This document shows positions 22,673-32,498 of a stretch of 64,000 bases of DNA, one piece after another (the stretch's first letter is position 1; every line of letters begins with the position of its first letter). The DNA is from Alphaproteobacteria bacterium (GTDB lineage: Bacteria; Pseudomonadota; Alphaproteobacteria; Rs-D84): assembly GCA_017642585.1 (NCBI GenBank), contig JAGCOR010000026.1, positions 7,776 to 71,775 of the forward strand, in the 5' to 3' direction. The notes below the pieces were generated by a model. It saw only the letters and a list, made by a program, of their open reading frames with translations, did no database searches and was not told where the DNA came from. Position numbers and translations under genes: made by a program.

Positions 22673-23233
22673 ATGGATTACACAGTTTTAAAGGCCGAAG
22701 TTGAACAAAAAACAGCTCAAACATTAGAAGTTTTACAAAATGAATTCGCTGGATTGCGCACTGGGCGTGCGTCTGTGCATTTATTAGATGGTGTGAAAGT
22801 ACCTGTATATGGTGCCGAAATGCCATTGAATCAGGTTGCGACAGTTTCTACACCTGACACACAAACATTGTCTGTTACCGTGTGGGATGTTGCGAATGCG
22901 CCCGCTGTAGAAAAGGCGATTCGTGATTCTGGTTTGGGATTAAATCCTATGACTGCTGGTGGGGTTATTCGTTTGAATTTGCCACCTTTGACTGAAGAAC
23001 GCAGACGCGAATTAACAAAAGTCGCTGGAAAATATGCCGAAGAAGCAAAAATCTCTATGCGCAATATTCGCCAAGATGCTATGTCAAAAATCAAACGCGC
23101 AGTTACTGACAAAGAAATTTCAGAAGACGATCAACGCAAATACGAAGAAGATTTACAGAAAGTATTTGATGGTCGTGGAAATGAAGTTGATGCGATGGCT
23201 AAACAAAAAGAAGCCGATATCATGTCCGTTTAA
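22673..23233 (+). CDS. frr: ribosome recycling factor
   Basis: 186 aa RRF family length and composition; AAGGAG Shine-Dalgarno 8 nt upstream of the ATG at 22673 (the track start is a GTG at 22664). Confidence 0.9.
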   Translation: MDYTVLKAEVEQKTAQTLEVLQNEFAGLRTGRASVHLLDGVKVPVYGAEMPLNQVATVSTPDTQTLSVTVWDVANAPAVEKAIRDSGLGLNPMTAGGVIRLNLPPLTEERRRELTKVAGKYAEEAKISMRNIRQDAMSKIKRAVTDKEISEDDQRKYEEDLQKVFDGRGNEVDAMAKQKEADIMSV

Positions 23234-23257
23234 TTTTTGCAAACCAGGAATAAGAAT

Positions 23258-24016
23258 ATGTTTAAATTTTTCAAGAAACCAACAGTCGAAACACCAACAG
23301 GAACCAAGATTCCCCAACATATCGCGTTTATTTGTGATGGAAATCGCAGATGGGCCGAAAATCGTGGATTGCCACCGTTAATGGGACACCAGGCGGGAAT
23401 TGCTAATTTCGAAAATCTGGTTGATTGGTTTATCGCACGCGGTGTTTCTACAGTTACTTTCTTTATATTTTCTACTGAAAATTGGGACAGATCCGAAGAA
23501 GAAGTTAATTTCTTGATGGATTTATTCTATTCTGAATTAAGCAAAAATATAAAACATGCTGCCGAAAAAAATCTGCGGTATCGTGTGGTTGGTTCGCGCG
23601 ACAGATTGCCAAAAAAATTAGCTGAATTATGCGATAAATTGGAAGATGAAACCGCAGAAAACACTAACGGCACTGTGGTGTTCGCACTTAATTATGGTGG
23701 ACAAGATGAAATTGTTCGTGCTGTGAATGCGGCGATTGAAAATGGCGAACCTGTGACCAAAGAATCATTTGAAACATTTATGGACACAGGCGATTTATTG
23801 CCTATCGATTTAATGGTTCGCACCAGTAACGAAAACAGAATTTCCAACTTCTTGTTATGGAAATTGGCATACGCAGAATTGTTGTTCATCCCAGAACATT
23901 GGCCAGATTTGGTAAAATCTGAAAAATTATGGCAACATGTTTTGGACGAATACACTAAACGCGACAGACGTTTTGGTGGTGGAAAAAAGAAAAATTATTC
24001 AGGAAAACAAAAATGA
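23258..24016 (+). CDS. uppS: undecaprenyl-diphosphate synthase (isoprenyl transferase)
   Basis: HIAFICDGNRRWA motif; C-terminal ELLFIPEHWPD; conserved frr-uppS-cdsA order. Confidence 0.9.
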   Translation: MFKFFKKPTVETPTGTKIPQHIAFICDGNRRWAENRGLPPLMGHQAGIANFENLVDWFIARGVSTVTFFIFSTENWDRSEEEVNFLMDLFYSELSKNIKHAAEKNLRYRVVGSRDRLPKKLAELCDKLEDETAENTNGTVVFALNYGGQDEIVRAVNAAIENGEPVTKESFETFMDTGDLLPIDLMVRTSNENRISNFLLWKLAYAELLFIPEHWPDLVKSEKLWQHVLDEYTKRDRRFGGGKKKNYSGKQK

Positions 24017-24666
24017 AATTATCTAATACATCTTTACGTGTTGTAACCAGTGTCGCTATGTTGGCGGTGTTGGCTTTGGTCTTTGTTTTGGAAATGTATT
24101 TCCCAAAAATTCACGCGGTTCGTTGGGTCAGCATGTTGATTGTGTTGGGCAGCATTGTCGAAACAATCTTGTGTTTTTGCAAAACAAAGGCGGAAGAATT
24201 TCAAAAACATTCTATGACTTTCGTGTTATTTGTAATGTGGTTAATCTTCGTTTTGTTCAGCGCATATTTTGTTGGATCACGCCCATGGATAATGCTTGGT
24301 CTATTAATGATCATAGTTGGTGCAGATACTGGCGCATGGTTGTGTGGTAAAATATTCGGTGGCGACAAAATGTGGGAAAAAGTTTCCGAACATAAAACAT
24401 GGTCTGGTCAAATTGGTGGTATTGTGTGTGGCACTTTGATGGCTTTGTTATATGGTTGGATTGTTAAAGACGCCAGACCTGAATTAATATTAACAGGAAT
24501 CAGTGTTGCATTGCTGTCGCAATACGGTGATTTAACAACCAGTTTTATTAAACGTCGTTTAGGTATCAAAGATTTCAGCAATTTATTACCGGGGCATGGT
24601 GGAATATTGGACAGATTTGATGGTTGGATTTATGTTCTGCCTGTGTTTTGGTTGATAATAAAGTAA
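24013..24666 (+). CDS. cdsA: phosphatidate cytidylyltransferase (short form)
   Basis: Polytopic membrane protein; C-terminal CDS-like segment (YGDLTTSFIKRRLGIKD, PGHGGILDRFDG); position after uppS. Confidence 0.75.
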   Translation: MKLSNTSLRVVTSVAMLAVLALVFVLEMYFPKIHAVRWVSMLIVLGSIVETILCFCKTKAEEFQKHSMTFVLFVMWLIFVLFSAYFVGSRPWIMLGLLMIIVGADTGAWLCGKIFGGDKMWEKVSEHKTWSGQIGGIVCGTLMALLYGWIVKDARPELILTGISVALLSQYGDLTTSFIKRRLGIKDFSNLLPGHGGILDRFDGWIYVLPVFWLIIK

Positions 24667-24698
24667 TTGAAAAGGGAATCGGGGGAAAGGAAGAAAAC

Positions 24699-25757
24699 AT
24701 GCATACTATATTAACTATCATTGCTTTGCTGATTGTATTGGGTGTTGTAGTATTTGTCCACGAAGGCGGACATTTCTTGGCTGCGCGATGGGCGGGTGTG
24801 CGTGTTGATGCATTTTCTATTGGGTTTGGACCTGCCCTATTAAAATGGACAGATAAATACGGAACAATTTGGAAATTATGTTGTTTGCCTTTGGGTGGAT
24901 ATGTTTCTATCTATGGCCAAGAAGATATGTTCAATCGCAAAAAATATGCCAGATTACCCCGCGAAAAAAAGCAAGGTCATTATCTATCCGTTCCTGCATG
25001 GAAACAATTTATTATCATCGCAGCCGGTGTATTTATGAATTTTATGTTGGCATGGGCAATATATTCTGCTGATTTTATGTTCCGTCCAAAAACCGTTCAA
25101 TTACCCATAATTGGTCAGGTTGTCCGCGACAGTGTTGCATTTAACGCAGGTGTTAAACCGGGCGACACAATCGTCAAAATTGATAAAGCGCACATTACCA
25201 ATTGGGGTGAATTGATTATCGCAAAAGAATTGGCATCTAAACATTCTGCAGATGTCGTGTTATTGCGTGGTAATGATTTTATTCGTGTAAAATTGGAACC
25301 TGCACAAAGATGGGGCCTTGTCGCAGACGGCAGTAAAACTGAATTCCGCAAGAAAGGATTTTTCAGCGCTATCTATTCGGGCCTGCGTGAAACATATTAT
25401 CAATCAAAAACCCTGTTGACTGTGTTGAATCAAATTATAACAGGGGAACGTTCTTCTAAACAACTGGGGTCGTTCATCACAATTGCCCAGGTTTCTGGCC
25501 ATGCATTAGAGGCAGGATTCTTTGTATTCTTGTCCATCATTGCTTTGATTTCTGTTAATTTAGCGGTCATCAATTTGTTGCCTTTGCCAGTGTTAGATGG
25601 TGGCTATTTATTGATATTGTTAATAGAAGCAATTATTCGTAAAAAATTGGGTGGCAAAGCAATGGAAATAACAATATTGTTGGGATGGGTTTTGATAATG
25701 TTATTGTTTGCTTTCACTATGTGGAACGATTTGGCCAGGGTATTTCATTTAGGTTAA
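24699..25757 (+). CDS. rseP: RIP site-2 zinc metalloprotease RseP
   Basis: HEGGHFLAARWAGV HExxH motif in TM1; PDZ region; C-terminal LPVLDGG; GGAAAGGAAG Shine-Dalgarno before the ATG at 24699. Confidence 0.85.
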   Translation: MHTILTIIALLIVLGVVVFVHEGGHFLAARWAGVRVDAFSIGFGPALLKWTDKYGTIWKLCCLPLGGYVSIYGQEDMFNRKKYARLPREKKQGHYLSVPAWKQFIIIAAGVFMNFMLAWAIYSADFMFRPKTVQLPIIGQVVRDSVAFNAGVKPGDTIVKIDKAHITNWGELIIAKELASKHSADVVLLRGNDFIRVKLEPAQRWGLVADGSKTEFRKKGFFSAIYSGLRETYYQSKTLLTVLNQIITGERSSKQLGSFITIAQVSGHALEAGFFVFLSIIALISVNLAVINLLPLPVLDGGYLLILLIEAIIRKKLGGKAMEITILLGWVLIMLLFAFTMWNDLARVFHLG

Positions 25758-25760
25758 CAC

Positions 25761-28043
25761 ATGAAAAGATTTGTTTTTGGTTTTTTGTTTTTATTTTTGA
25801 TTTGCCAAAATGCGAATGCTGTTGTTTTGTCTAAAATAAATGTATCTGGCAACCAACGCATGGATGCTGAATCTATTCGTATTTTATCTGAAGTCAAAGT
25901 TGGCGATAACATAGGGGCTGAAAAAGCAAATGATATTGCAAAAAAATTACAGGCCAGCGGTTATTTTTCCAGTGTTAATGTTCAATTAAACGGTAATGTT
26001 TTGGTTATCAAAGTAACTGAATCCCCACTGGTGAATATGGTAACCGTCGAAGGTAATGATAAAATAGATACCGAAGATTTAAAGAAAGAAATCAAAACCA
26101 AAGAACGCGTATCTTATGATATATCTGTGATTGGTGGCGATGTGCAACGCATGTTGACTTTATATCAACGAAAAGGATTTTTCGGCACTAAAATTAACCC
26201 AAAGAAAATTGAATTAGAAAACAATCGTGTTAATGTCGTTTTTGAAATCAGCGAAGGTCACCCTACATACATCAGCGACATAGATTTTGAAAACAATAAA
26301 AAGTTTTCAGATCGCACTTTGCGTGGCGAAATATTATCACGCGAACATGCGTGGTGGCGTTTTATGACCCAATTTGACGTATATGACGAAGACCGCATAC
26401 AATACGATCAACAAATGTTACATCAATTTTATATGCGCAACGGCTTCTTGGATTTTCGTGTCACAGATGCCAAGGGTGAATTTACCCCGGATCGTGAATA
26501 TTATTCTGTGAAATTCACTGTGGATGAAGGCAACCAATATAAAATCGGCGATATTAAAATTGAAAATCCTTTTAGTGATGTTCCTGAATCTGAATTATAT
26601 GATGCTTTAAAAATATCTAAAAAAGATATTTATAATATTGATAATGTCGAAGCATCTATAAATGCTCTGCGTGGTGTAATTGCAGATCATGGTTATGCAT
26701 TTATAAATGTTGAACCAATTCCAAACAAACATGACGATACACGAATTGTTGATATCAATTTCAAAATTCAAAAAACAAATCGTATTTATATAAATTCTAT
26801 CAACCTGTTGGGCAATGTCAGAACCTTTGACAATGTTATTGAACATCACCTGCCCATGCGCGAAGGCGACCCATTTTCGTTACAAACAATTGAAACTGGC
26901 CGTCAAAATTTGATGCACACACGCTATTTCAAAGACGTTCAAATGGTTCCAACCAGATTGGCAGATGCCAACATGATGAATTTGGATGTCAAAGTTGAAG
27001 AACAACCCACAGGCGAATTATCTGGCGGTTTTGGTTGGTCTTCTATCAATGGCTTTATGGTTGATGCGGGTATAACTGAAAGTAATTTTATGGGACGCGG
27101 TCAAATTGTTCAATTACGTGGATCGATTGCACAATATCAACGTCAAGCGTTATTCAGTTTCACAGAACCTTTCCTGTTTAATCGTGAATTGTCCGGTGGA
27201 TTTGATATATCATATACCCAATATAAATATTCTAAATTGGGTGGTTATGGATACGACCGCGATTCATTTTCTGTATCTGGGCGTTTAGGATGGCGTTTAA
27301 CAGACCATTGGACACAAACATTGCGTTTATCTGCTACGTTCGACCAAAATTATGATTTACAGTTGGGTGGTTGGCAGAAAGCAAACCTGTATGCTTTGGG
27401 GACAAATTTAAGATATTACAATCTGGATACAAATTTCCAACAAAATACACATACCGGTGTTGTAGGTAATATTGGTGTTTCATATACTGGTTTTGGCGGA
27501 ACAAATACATTTATGCGATACAGTGCTGATATTACTGGTATGGTTAAATTCTTGGATGACAGATGGCAATTGCGTTCATCATGGAATTTGGGATATTTAC
27601 AATCTCTGCAAAACGATAATTATATTCCACGTGTTTATCGTTATTTCTTAGGCGGAGAATCTTTGCGTGGATTTGAAGTTGCCGGTATTGGTTCACGAAA
27701 CTGGTATTTTCAAACCTATTCTTTGGGTGGATTATGGAAAGCAAATGGTTCAACCCAGTTGAATTTCCCTGTATTTATCCCTGATGAATATCAGGTCAAA
27801 GGATTCATCTTTGCCGATTATGGTATTTTGGGCAAACCTCCAAAACGCGAATTTGAATACAAAAATCCTTATAATGTAACCAAAGACAACATTATTGATG
27901 AAGATTGGCGTACATCTATCGGTTTTGGTATTTATTGGAACACACCTATGGGACCAATGAATTTCTCGTGGGGATGGCCAATGAAATTAAACAAATATGA
28001 CCAAGAAGAACGTTTTCTGTTGTCATTTGAAACACAGTTTTAA
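25761..28043 (+). CDS. bamA: outer membrane protein assembly factor BamA
   Basis: 760 aa; signal peptide; POTRA repeats then a C-terminal beta-barrel ending ...LLSFETQF; position after rseP. Confidence 0.9.
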   Translation: MKRFVFGFLFLFLICQNANAVVLSKINVSGNQRMDAESIRILSEVKVGDNIGAEKANDIAKKLQASGYFSSVNVQLNGNVLVIKVTESPLVNMVTVEGNDKIDTEDLKKEIKTKERVSYDISVIGGDVQRMLTLYQRKGFFGTKINPKKIELENNRVNVVFEISEGHPTYISDIDFENNKKFSDRTLRGEILSREHAWWRFMTQFDVYDEDRIQYDQQMLHQFYMRNGFLDFRVTDAKGEFTPDREYYSVKFTVDEGNQYKIGDIKIENPFSDVPESELYDALKISKKDIYNIDNVEASINALRGVIADHGYAFINVEPIPNKHDDTRIVDINFKIQKTNRIYINSINLLGNVRTFDNVIEHHLPMREGDPFSLQTIETGRQNLMHTRYFKDVQMVPTRLADANMMNLDVKVEEQPTGELSGGFGWSSINGFMVDAGITESNFMGRGQIVQLRGSIAQYQRQALFSFTEPFLFNRELSGGFDISYTQYKYSKLGGYGYDRDSFSVSGRLGWRLTDHWTQTLRLSATFDQNYDLQLGGWQKANLYALGTNLRYYNLDTNFQQNTHTGVVGNIGVSYTGFGGTNTFMRYSADITGMVKFLDDRWQLRSSWNLGYLQSLQNDNYIPRVYRYFLGGESLRGFEVAGIGSRNWYFQTYSLGGLWKANGSTQLNFPVFIPDEYQVKGFIFADYGILGKPPKREFEYKNPYNVTKDNIIDEDWRTSIGFGIYWNTPMGPMNFSWGWPMKLNKYDQEERFLLSFETQF

Positions 28044-28113
28044 TGATTGTTTTATCTTGACGTAGGGGGCGAATTTTTCTTATACTTTTAACGAAGGAAA
28101 GGAGTTTAAGCAG

Positions 28114-28269
28114 ATGAAAAAGTTTCTTATGATTTGTGCTTTGTTGACTGTGTGTGGCGGTTTGGTTGGATGTGGTCAAATTTATGATGCAGAACCGGTC
28201 AGCATTGGTTATGACAATAACGAATTGAAATTAAGTCCATGTGCTTGTGTTTTGATATACCAAGCGTAA
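28114..28269 (+). CDS. small lipoprotein (VirB7-like candidate), 51 aa; below the ORF-track size cutoff
   Basis: MKKFLMICALLTVCGGLVGCGQ... lipobox LVGC; GGAG Shine-Dalgarno upstream; sits immediately upstream of a VirB8-like gene. Confidence 0.4.
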   Translation: MKKFLMICALLTVCGGLVGCGQIYDAEPVSIGYDNNELKLSPCACVLIYQA

Positions 28270-28295
28270 TTTGGTTTTGACCATGGGGGGATTGA

Positions 28296-28991
28296 TTGGA
28301 TTATCCAAACGATTTTGACACACCAGCTTTCCCAGCGGGCAAAAGTATTGCTTTGACCCGCAGCATTTCTATTTGGATTTCAATTATTTTCTTTTTAATA
28401 GTTTGTGCATGCGGGTTGGTTTTATACACCACACATATGCGTGGAAATTATCCTTTCTTGATATCTGTTGACCCAATCACAAATGAATGGAATGTTGTTA
28501 CATATCCAAACAAAGATGCAAAAAACATTACCCCACAATACCAGGTTATCCAGGAAAAATTGGTCAGTGATTATGTTATGAATTGGTTTACTATATCGAA
28601 AAATCAAAAAATTAATAATCAACGTTGGCAAAGATGTGAACCCGAAGATTGTGATTTGCCTGAACAATTCAGACCAAACAACATAGAATGTTTTTTATTC
28701 TGTAATTCCAGCACTAATCTGTTTGAACAATTTGAAACCAAGGTTACACCAGAATATGTGGCCAGAGTTGATGAACGTGCGGAAGAATGGAATGTAGAAA
28801 TCAAAAACATAATGATAAATTCCGTGGGTGAAAACGGCGGTTTTTGGCAGGTATATTTTGTTGTACATTCAACAATCAATGGGCCTTTTGATGTGTTGGC
28901 TTTCGTGAAAACAGCACGTTCTGTTGATTCTCACACCGCAACACTGGGCTATTATGTGGACGATTTTAACGCATACAGGATGAGCAGATGA
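28296..28991 (+). CDS. type IV secretion system protein VirB8-like
   Basis: N-terminal cytoplasmic part plus one TM, then PFLISVDPITNEWNVV (compare A. tumefaciens VirB8 PYLVVVDKITGEPRIV as recalled), EKLVSDYVMNWF, and C-terminal TLGYYVDDFNAYR (compare NPLGFTVTSYR as recalled); TTG start. Confidence 0.65.
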   Translation: MDYPNDFDTPAFPAGKSIALTRSISIWISIIFFLIVCACGLVLYTTHMRGNYPFLISVDPITNEWNVVTYPNKDAKNITPQYQVIQEKLVSDYVMNWFTISKNQKINNQRWQRCEPEDCDLPEQFRPNNIECFLFCNSSTNLFEQFETKVTPEYVARVDERAEEWNVEIKNIMINSVGENGGFWQVYFVVHSTINGPFDVLAFVKTARSVDSHTATLGYYVDDFNAYRMSR

Positions 28992-29659
28992 ACAAAATAA
29001 AATCTTTTTTCTTGGGGATTTTATTATTGGCTATGACAATTGCCAGTATCGGGGTTGTCACATTGGTTTATCGTGCAAACGAACAAATATCTGTTAAATC
29101 TTATATTTTTCAAATGGGAAATTTTGCCAACGAACGTGTTGGTTTGTTACAAAATATAAATGATATATCTGTGATTGGTTTAAGAAACAGTTTGATTAAA
29201 AAATATGTTTCCGAATATTTCAAAGTTATTCCTGGGGAAAGTGATGTTACAAATCGCCCTGCTTTGCGTCAATTATCAAGTTCTGCGGCATACAGCCAAT
29301 GGGTATCAGGCGAAGCAAAAATAATTGAAGAAATGTCACGAAACAAAATGTTTAGAATGGTTTGGGTTTCAGACGAAGGTATAATACCTATGAATATGCC
29401 TGCTGACCATGATTATGCCCAAGCAATTATATCAGAAGATATATATTACGCAGTTCATTATGAAACAACAACTTGGCGGGAATCTAATTTTATGGCGGTT
29501 GAACCTGAAACAGAACATGGTGTATTATATATCGAAGCACGCTTTAAACCTGGCATCAACAAAAACCAAGATGTAAAAAAATATCTGGAAGCTGGGAAAG
29601 ATCCTGCGGGGTTATTTATGTTTAAAGTAACACACATAGGAAGTAAAGGAATAAAATGA
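28988..29659 (+). CDS. VirB8-like paralog (bitopic, NTF2-like periplasmic domain)
   Basis: Same topology and size as the upstream VirB8; weaker motif conservation (NSLIKKYVSEYFKV). Confidence 0.45.
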   Translation: MNKIKSFFLGILLLAMTIASIGVVTLVYRANEQISVKSYIFQMGNFANERVGLLQNINDISVIGLRNSLIKKYVSEYFKVIPGESDVTNRPALRQLSSSAAYSQWVSGEAKIIEEMSRNKMFRMVWVSDEGIIPMNMPADHDYAQAIISEDIYYAVHYETTTWRESNFMAVEPETEHGVLYIEARFKPGINKNQDVKKYLEAGKDPAGLFMFKVTHIGSKGIK

Positions 29660-30438
29660 TTAAAAAATTATTGATTTTATTATCGTTATGTTCCGCATTT
29701 ATTTGCACATCTGTATCATACGCAGAAGATGATATGGATTTTGATGAATTTGCAGTCGTAGACGACGAAGGCGAAGATATGAACACTGAAAGCGTTTCAC
29801 TAAACGAAGGCGATGGCCCTGTGGATGTGAAACAATTTGATATTGCGGGTATAATGTTGGGTATGGGATATGAAGAAATAAACAATCTGTTTTTTGAAAA
29901 TCCGTCATTGTATGCTCCACGCAGAAAAAACAGTGTGATTTATACGATAAACCAAGATTGGAAATATAATTTAGATTATGAATGTCGGCAAAACAATGTG
30001 TTCTTGCCTGAAAAATTGGAAAAATGTATTTATTCCCTGGCTCGCAATCGTGGTTTGCTGTATGTATCCGAAGTGCATTTGGTTCGTGATTTTACGGGCG
30101 AAACCATTGATGTATATTTTACCAGCAATGCAACAGATAACAAAGTATGGAAAGTCGTTTATAATAATGATGTAGACAAAGTGGATGGTCCATCGGCTGT
30201 GTATGCCAATCAACGCGAAAAAAAGATTTTGTCTTTCTGGCAAAGTGTTGTATCAAAATATGGTTCACCTAATTCTGACCAAGATAAATGGATTTCATCA
30301 GAAAACGCCTATGATCCAATGATGCGTGCATATTATGGACAATTGGTTTTGACAGATAATGGTTTAAATGCAACAGATTCTGCCAAAAACATCCAGGCTG
30401 CACGTGATAAATTCCAGGCAAAACCATATGCGTTCTAA
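29656..30438 (+). CDS. hypothetical secreted acidic protein
   Basis: Signal peptide MIKKLLILLSLCSAFICTSVSYA, acidic N-terminal region; no VirB9 motif recognised. Confidence 0.4.
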   Translation: MIKKLLILLSLCSAFICTSVSYAEDDMDFDEFAVVDDEGEDMNTESVSLNEGDGPVDVKQFDIAGIMLGMGYEEINNLFFENPSLYAPRRKNSVIYTINQDWKYNLDYECRQNNVFLPEKLEKCIYSLARNRGLLYVSEVHLVRDFTGETIDVYFTSNATDNKVWKVVYNNDVDKVDGPSAVYANQREKKILSFWQSVVSKYGSPNSDQDKWISSENAYDPMMRAYYGQLVLTDNGLNATDSAKNIQAARDKFQAKPYAF

Positions 30439-30781
30439 AAAAACATCTTATCAAATTGGTTTATTTTCTGAATTTTTAGCACGCTGGTATTTGCGCTTTC
30501 GTGGATATCATATTTTAAAAAGTCGATATGTTACTGGCAAAAACACTAATCGTGCAGAAATTGATATAATCGCAAAACATAAAAACACTATTGTTTTTAT
30601 CGAAGTAAAATCACGACAAAGTATTTCTGCGGCATGGGATGCGATTACTCCAACCCAATCGGCCAGATTACGTCGTGCCGCAGAAACTTTTCTTATAAAT
30701 TCACATTGGACAGGTGATGCAAGATTTGATGTGATAATTGTTTGCGGTCATAAAATATATTGGTCCAAAAACGCAATTTAA
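30428..30781 (+). CDS. YraN/UPF0102 family endonuclease-like protein
   Basis: MRSKKTSYQIGLFSEFLARWYL...GKNTNRAEIDIIAKHKNTIVFIEVKSR pattern typical of UPF0102; start at the internal ATG 30428. Confidence 0.65.
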   Translation: MRSKKTSYQIGLFSEFLARWYLRFRGYHILKSRYVTGKNTNRAEIDIIAKHKNTIVFIEVKSRQSISAAWDAITPTQSARLRRAAETFLINSHWTGDARFDVIIVCGHKIYWSKNAI

Positions 30782-31038
30782 TTTTTTATAACTGCACTTT
30801 TTATCAATGTGACATCTTCTTTGATACCGTCTATTTTTAATTGTAATTGTCCTATACCCGATTCAAGAATCGTGGTTCTGTTTTCTAATGATGTTATTCG
30901 CTGGTCTTGGCGTTCTAATTCGTTAAGTGAAGAATCTTGACGTGCAACCCAATAAATTGCTCCTGTGATAACAGCAATTAAAAACCAACCATCACGAATA
31001 ATCTCTAAAAAATTACTTATTTTCTGTTGTTTTTGCAT
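30778..31038 (-). CDS. small membrane-anchored coiled-coil protein (phage module, function unknown)
   Basis: One TM helix (WFLIAVITGAIYWVA) then a coiled coil; last gene of the phage-like operon. Confidence 0.35.
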   Translation of the reverse strand: MQKQQKISNFLEIIRDGWFLIAVITGAIYWVARQDSSLNELERQDQRITSLENRTTILESGIGQLQLKIDGIKEDVTLIKSAVIKN

Positions 31039-31040
31039 AT

Positions 31041-31241
31041 TTATGTTGGGTTATTCCCTTTGTTTATTAAATTTTCTATGTAATGAACCAATGCACTTTG
31101 CGCTGCCCACCAACGCAAATCATTGTCAGTTATGTTTTGCCCCACCGTTCGTTCAATGGTCAAAGAACGCAGATGTTTTAAAACACATTGCCCATCAATG
31201 CTGGCAAACGTTCTGGCGTATTGTTTTTCCAATTCAGACAT
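31041..31241 (-). CDS. hypothetical small protein (phage module)
   Basis: 66 aa ORF tightly packed between the portal gene and the next gene. Confidence 0.3.
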   Translation of the reverse strand: MSELEKQYARTFASIDGQCVLKHLRSLTIERTVGQNITDNDLRWWAAQSALVHYIENLINKGNNPT

Positions 31242-31257
31242 AACTATTCCTTCGGTC

Positions 31258-32481
31258 TTATATTAACATTTCTTCGTGTGCCATTTGTGCAATCGGGGCA
31301 ACATATTTTAATTCAGCATCAGAATGCAAAGATATTTGTTCTATCAATCCGCGTCTGGATAATATTTGCAATCCACGTTCACACATAGGCTTTATAAATT
31401 CGTGTAACAGGCGACCATATGTAGCACCTAAAATTCTAACCATATCTGAATTGCGTGCCAATATTTCAGTGGCGGTCATTTCTTTGTCTGATAACAACCC
31501 CAACCTGTCCGCCAATAAAGTGTGTCTGATTCTGTCGCGTAAATCGCGTAATACAATTTGCGAAACATCAAAATCAGCACCACTGGATAATGGGGTTAAA
31601 CCTGAACTGCCCACAGCTTTTGGAATAATTGCCCCCGGTGTTAAATTTATATTGGACAGATTTATAACACCATCATCATCCGCCTGCCATATACCGCTGA
31701 CCGCGATAGTCGCATTTTTTAAAACTAATTCCACAACTTTGTTGGCTGTTTTGATATCTGGCAACGCGCGCAATACTGGTCCACGACCATATGTTTCACC
31801 ACTGACCAAAGACCAACGGAAAATTATATATGGGTTGGTTTCAAATGTTCCACGTGAAACAATATTGTTTTCAAAATCGCCACCTACATCCAACCACGCA
31901 GTAAAATCATTTCCATCTAAACATTGAACCAATTTAATTGGTGTGTCTGGGTTGTTTTTTATAGTTTCCTGTAATTGTTTTGGAAAAACAAAATGCGGAT
32001 ATTTTTCAACAATTTCATTTGCAGGCATAGATGTCGTATGAAATACCATTCCCGGCAACAAAGCGATATTTGTCATAGGAATCGCAGTGAATGAAAATGC
32101 AGAATCTGCACCGATTGGATTTTCTGCCATAAACAAACAAGCAGTTCCCAACACAACCAAATCAATATAGCATTGATGAATTGTCGTATAAAAATTTGAA
32201 TCATTTAAATGTGCACGAAAAACAGATGTTGCATGTTCTGCATCTGGGGATAAATCACTTTCTTTGATAAAATTCACCCACAAAGATTCAGGTGGGGTCA
32301 ACAAAGAATACATAGAAGCAGCCAAATTATCCACTGCATCTGCCGCAGTCGCGTCAAATAAAGTTGCTGATTCTGTATCGTCCATTGGAATTGTGTATCG
32401 CATTGCTGTTTTCCAACGATTTAACCATATTTCGCGTTCATTTAATGCGCGTTTATATAATTGCATAAGATTTTTTTGCAT
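31258..32481 (-). CDS. T7 gp8-like head-to-tail connector (portal) protein
   Basis: RWKTAMRYTIPM...NLAASMYSLLTPPESLW and GETYGRGP align by eye with T7 gp8 (CAQYTIPSL...NLASKLMLALFPMQTW, GESYGRS, as recalled); 407 aa. Confidence 0.7.
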   Translation of the reverse strand: MQKNLMQLYKRALNEREIWLNRWKTAMRYTIPMDDTESATLFDATAADAVDNLAASMYSLLTPPESLWVNFIKESDLSPDAEHATSVFRAHLNDSNFYTTIHQCYIDLVVLGTACLFMAENPIGADSAFSFTAIPMTNIALLPGMVFHTTSMPANEIVEKYPHFVFPKQLQETIKNNPDTPIKLVQCLDGNDFTAWLDVGGDFENNIVSRGTFETNPYIIFRWSLVSGETYGRGPVLRALPDIKTANKVVELVLKNATIAVSGIWQADDDGVINLSNINLTPGAIIPKAVGSSGLTPLSSGADFDVSQIVLRDLRDRIRHTLLADRLGLLSDKEMTATEILARNSDMVRILGATYGRLLHEFIKPMCERGLQILSRRGLIEQISLHSDAELKYVAPIAQMAHEEMLI

Positions 32482-32498
32482 TTAATTTCCTTTTGTTT

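Noticed and set aside
24016-24699. Expected dxr gene between cdsA and rseP, as in many alphaproteobacteria
   Set aside because: No room and no ORF. cdsA is followed directly by rseP, and the apparent gap is just the short cdsA. I noted it as a possible sign of genome reduction but cannot interpret it from this window alone.
29656-30438. VirB9 identity for the secreted protein following the VirB8 paralogs
   Set aside because: Position and signal peptide fit, but I could not find the VirB9 C-terminal beta-domain motifs or the expected size. Left as hypothetical.
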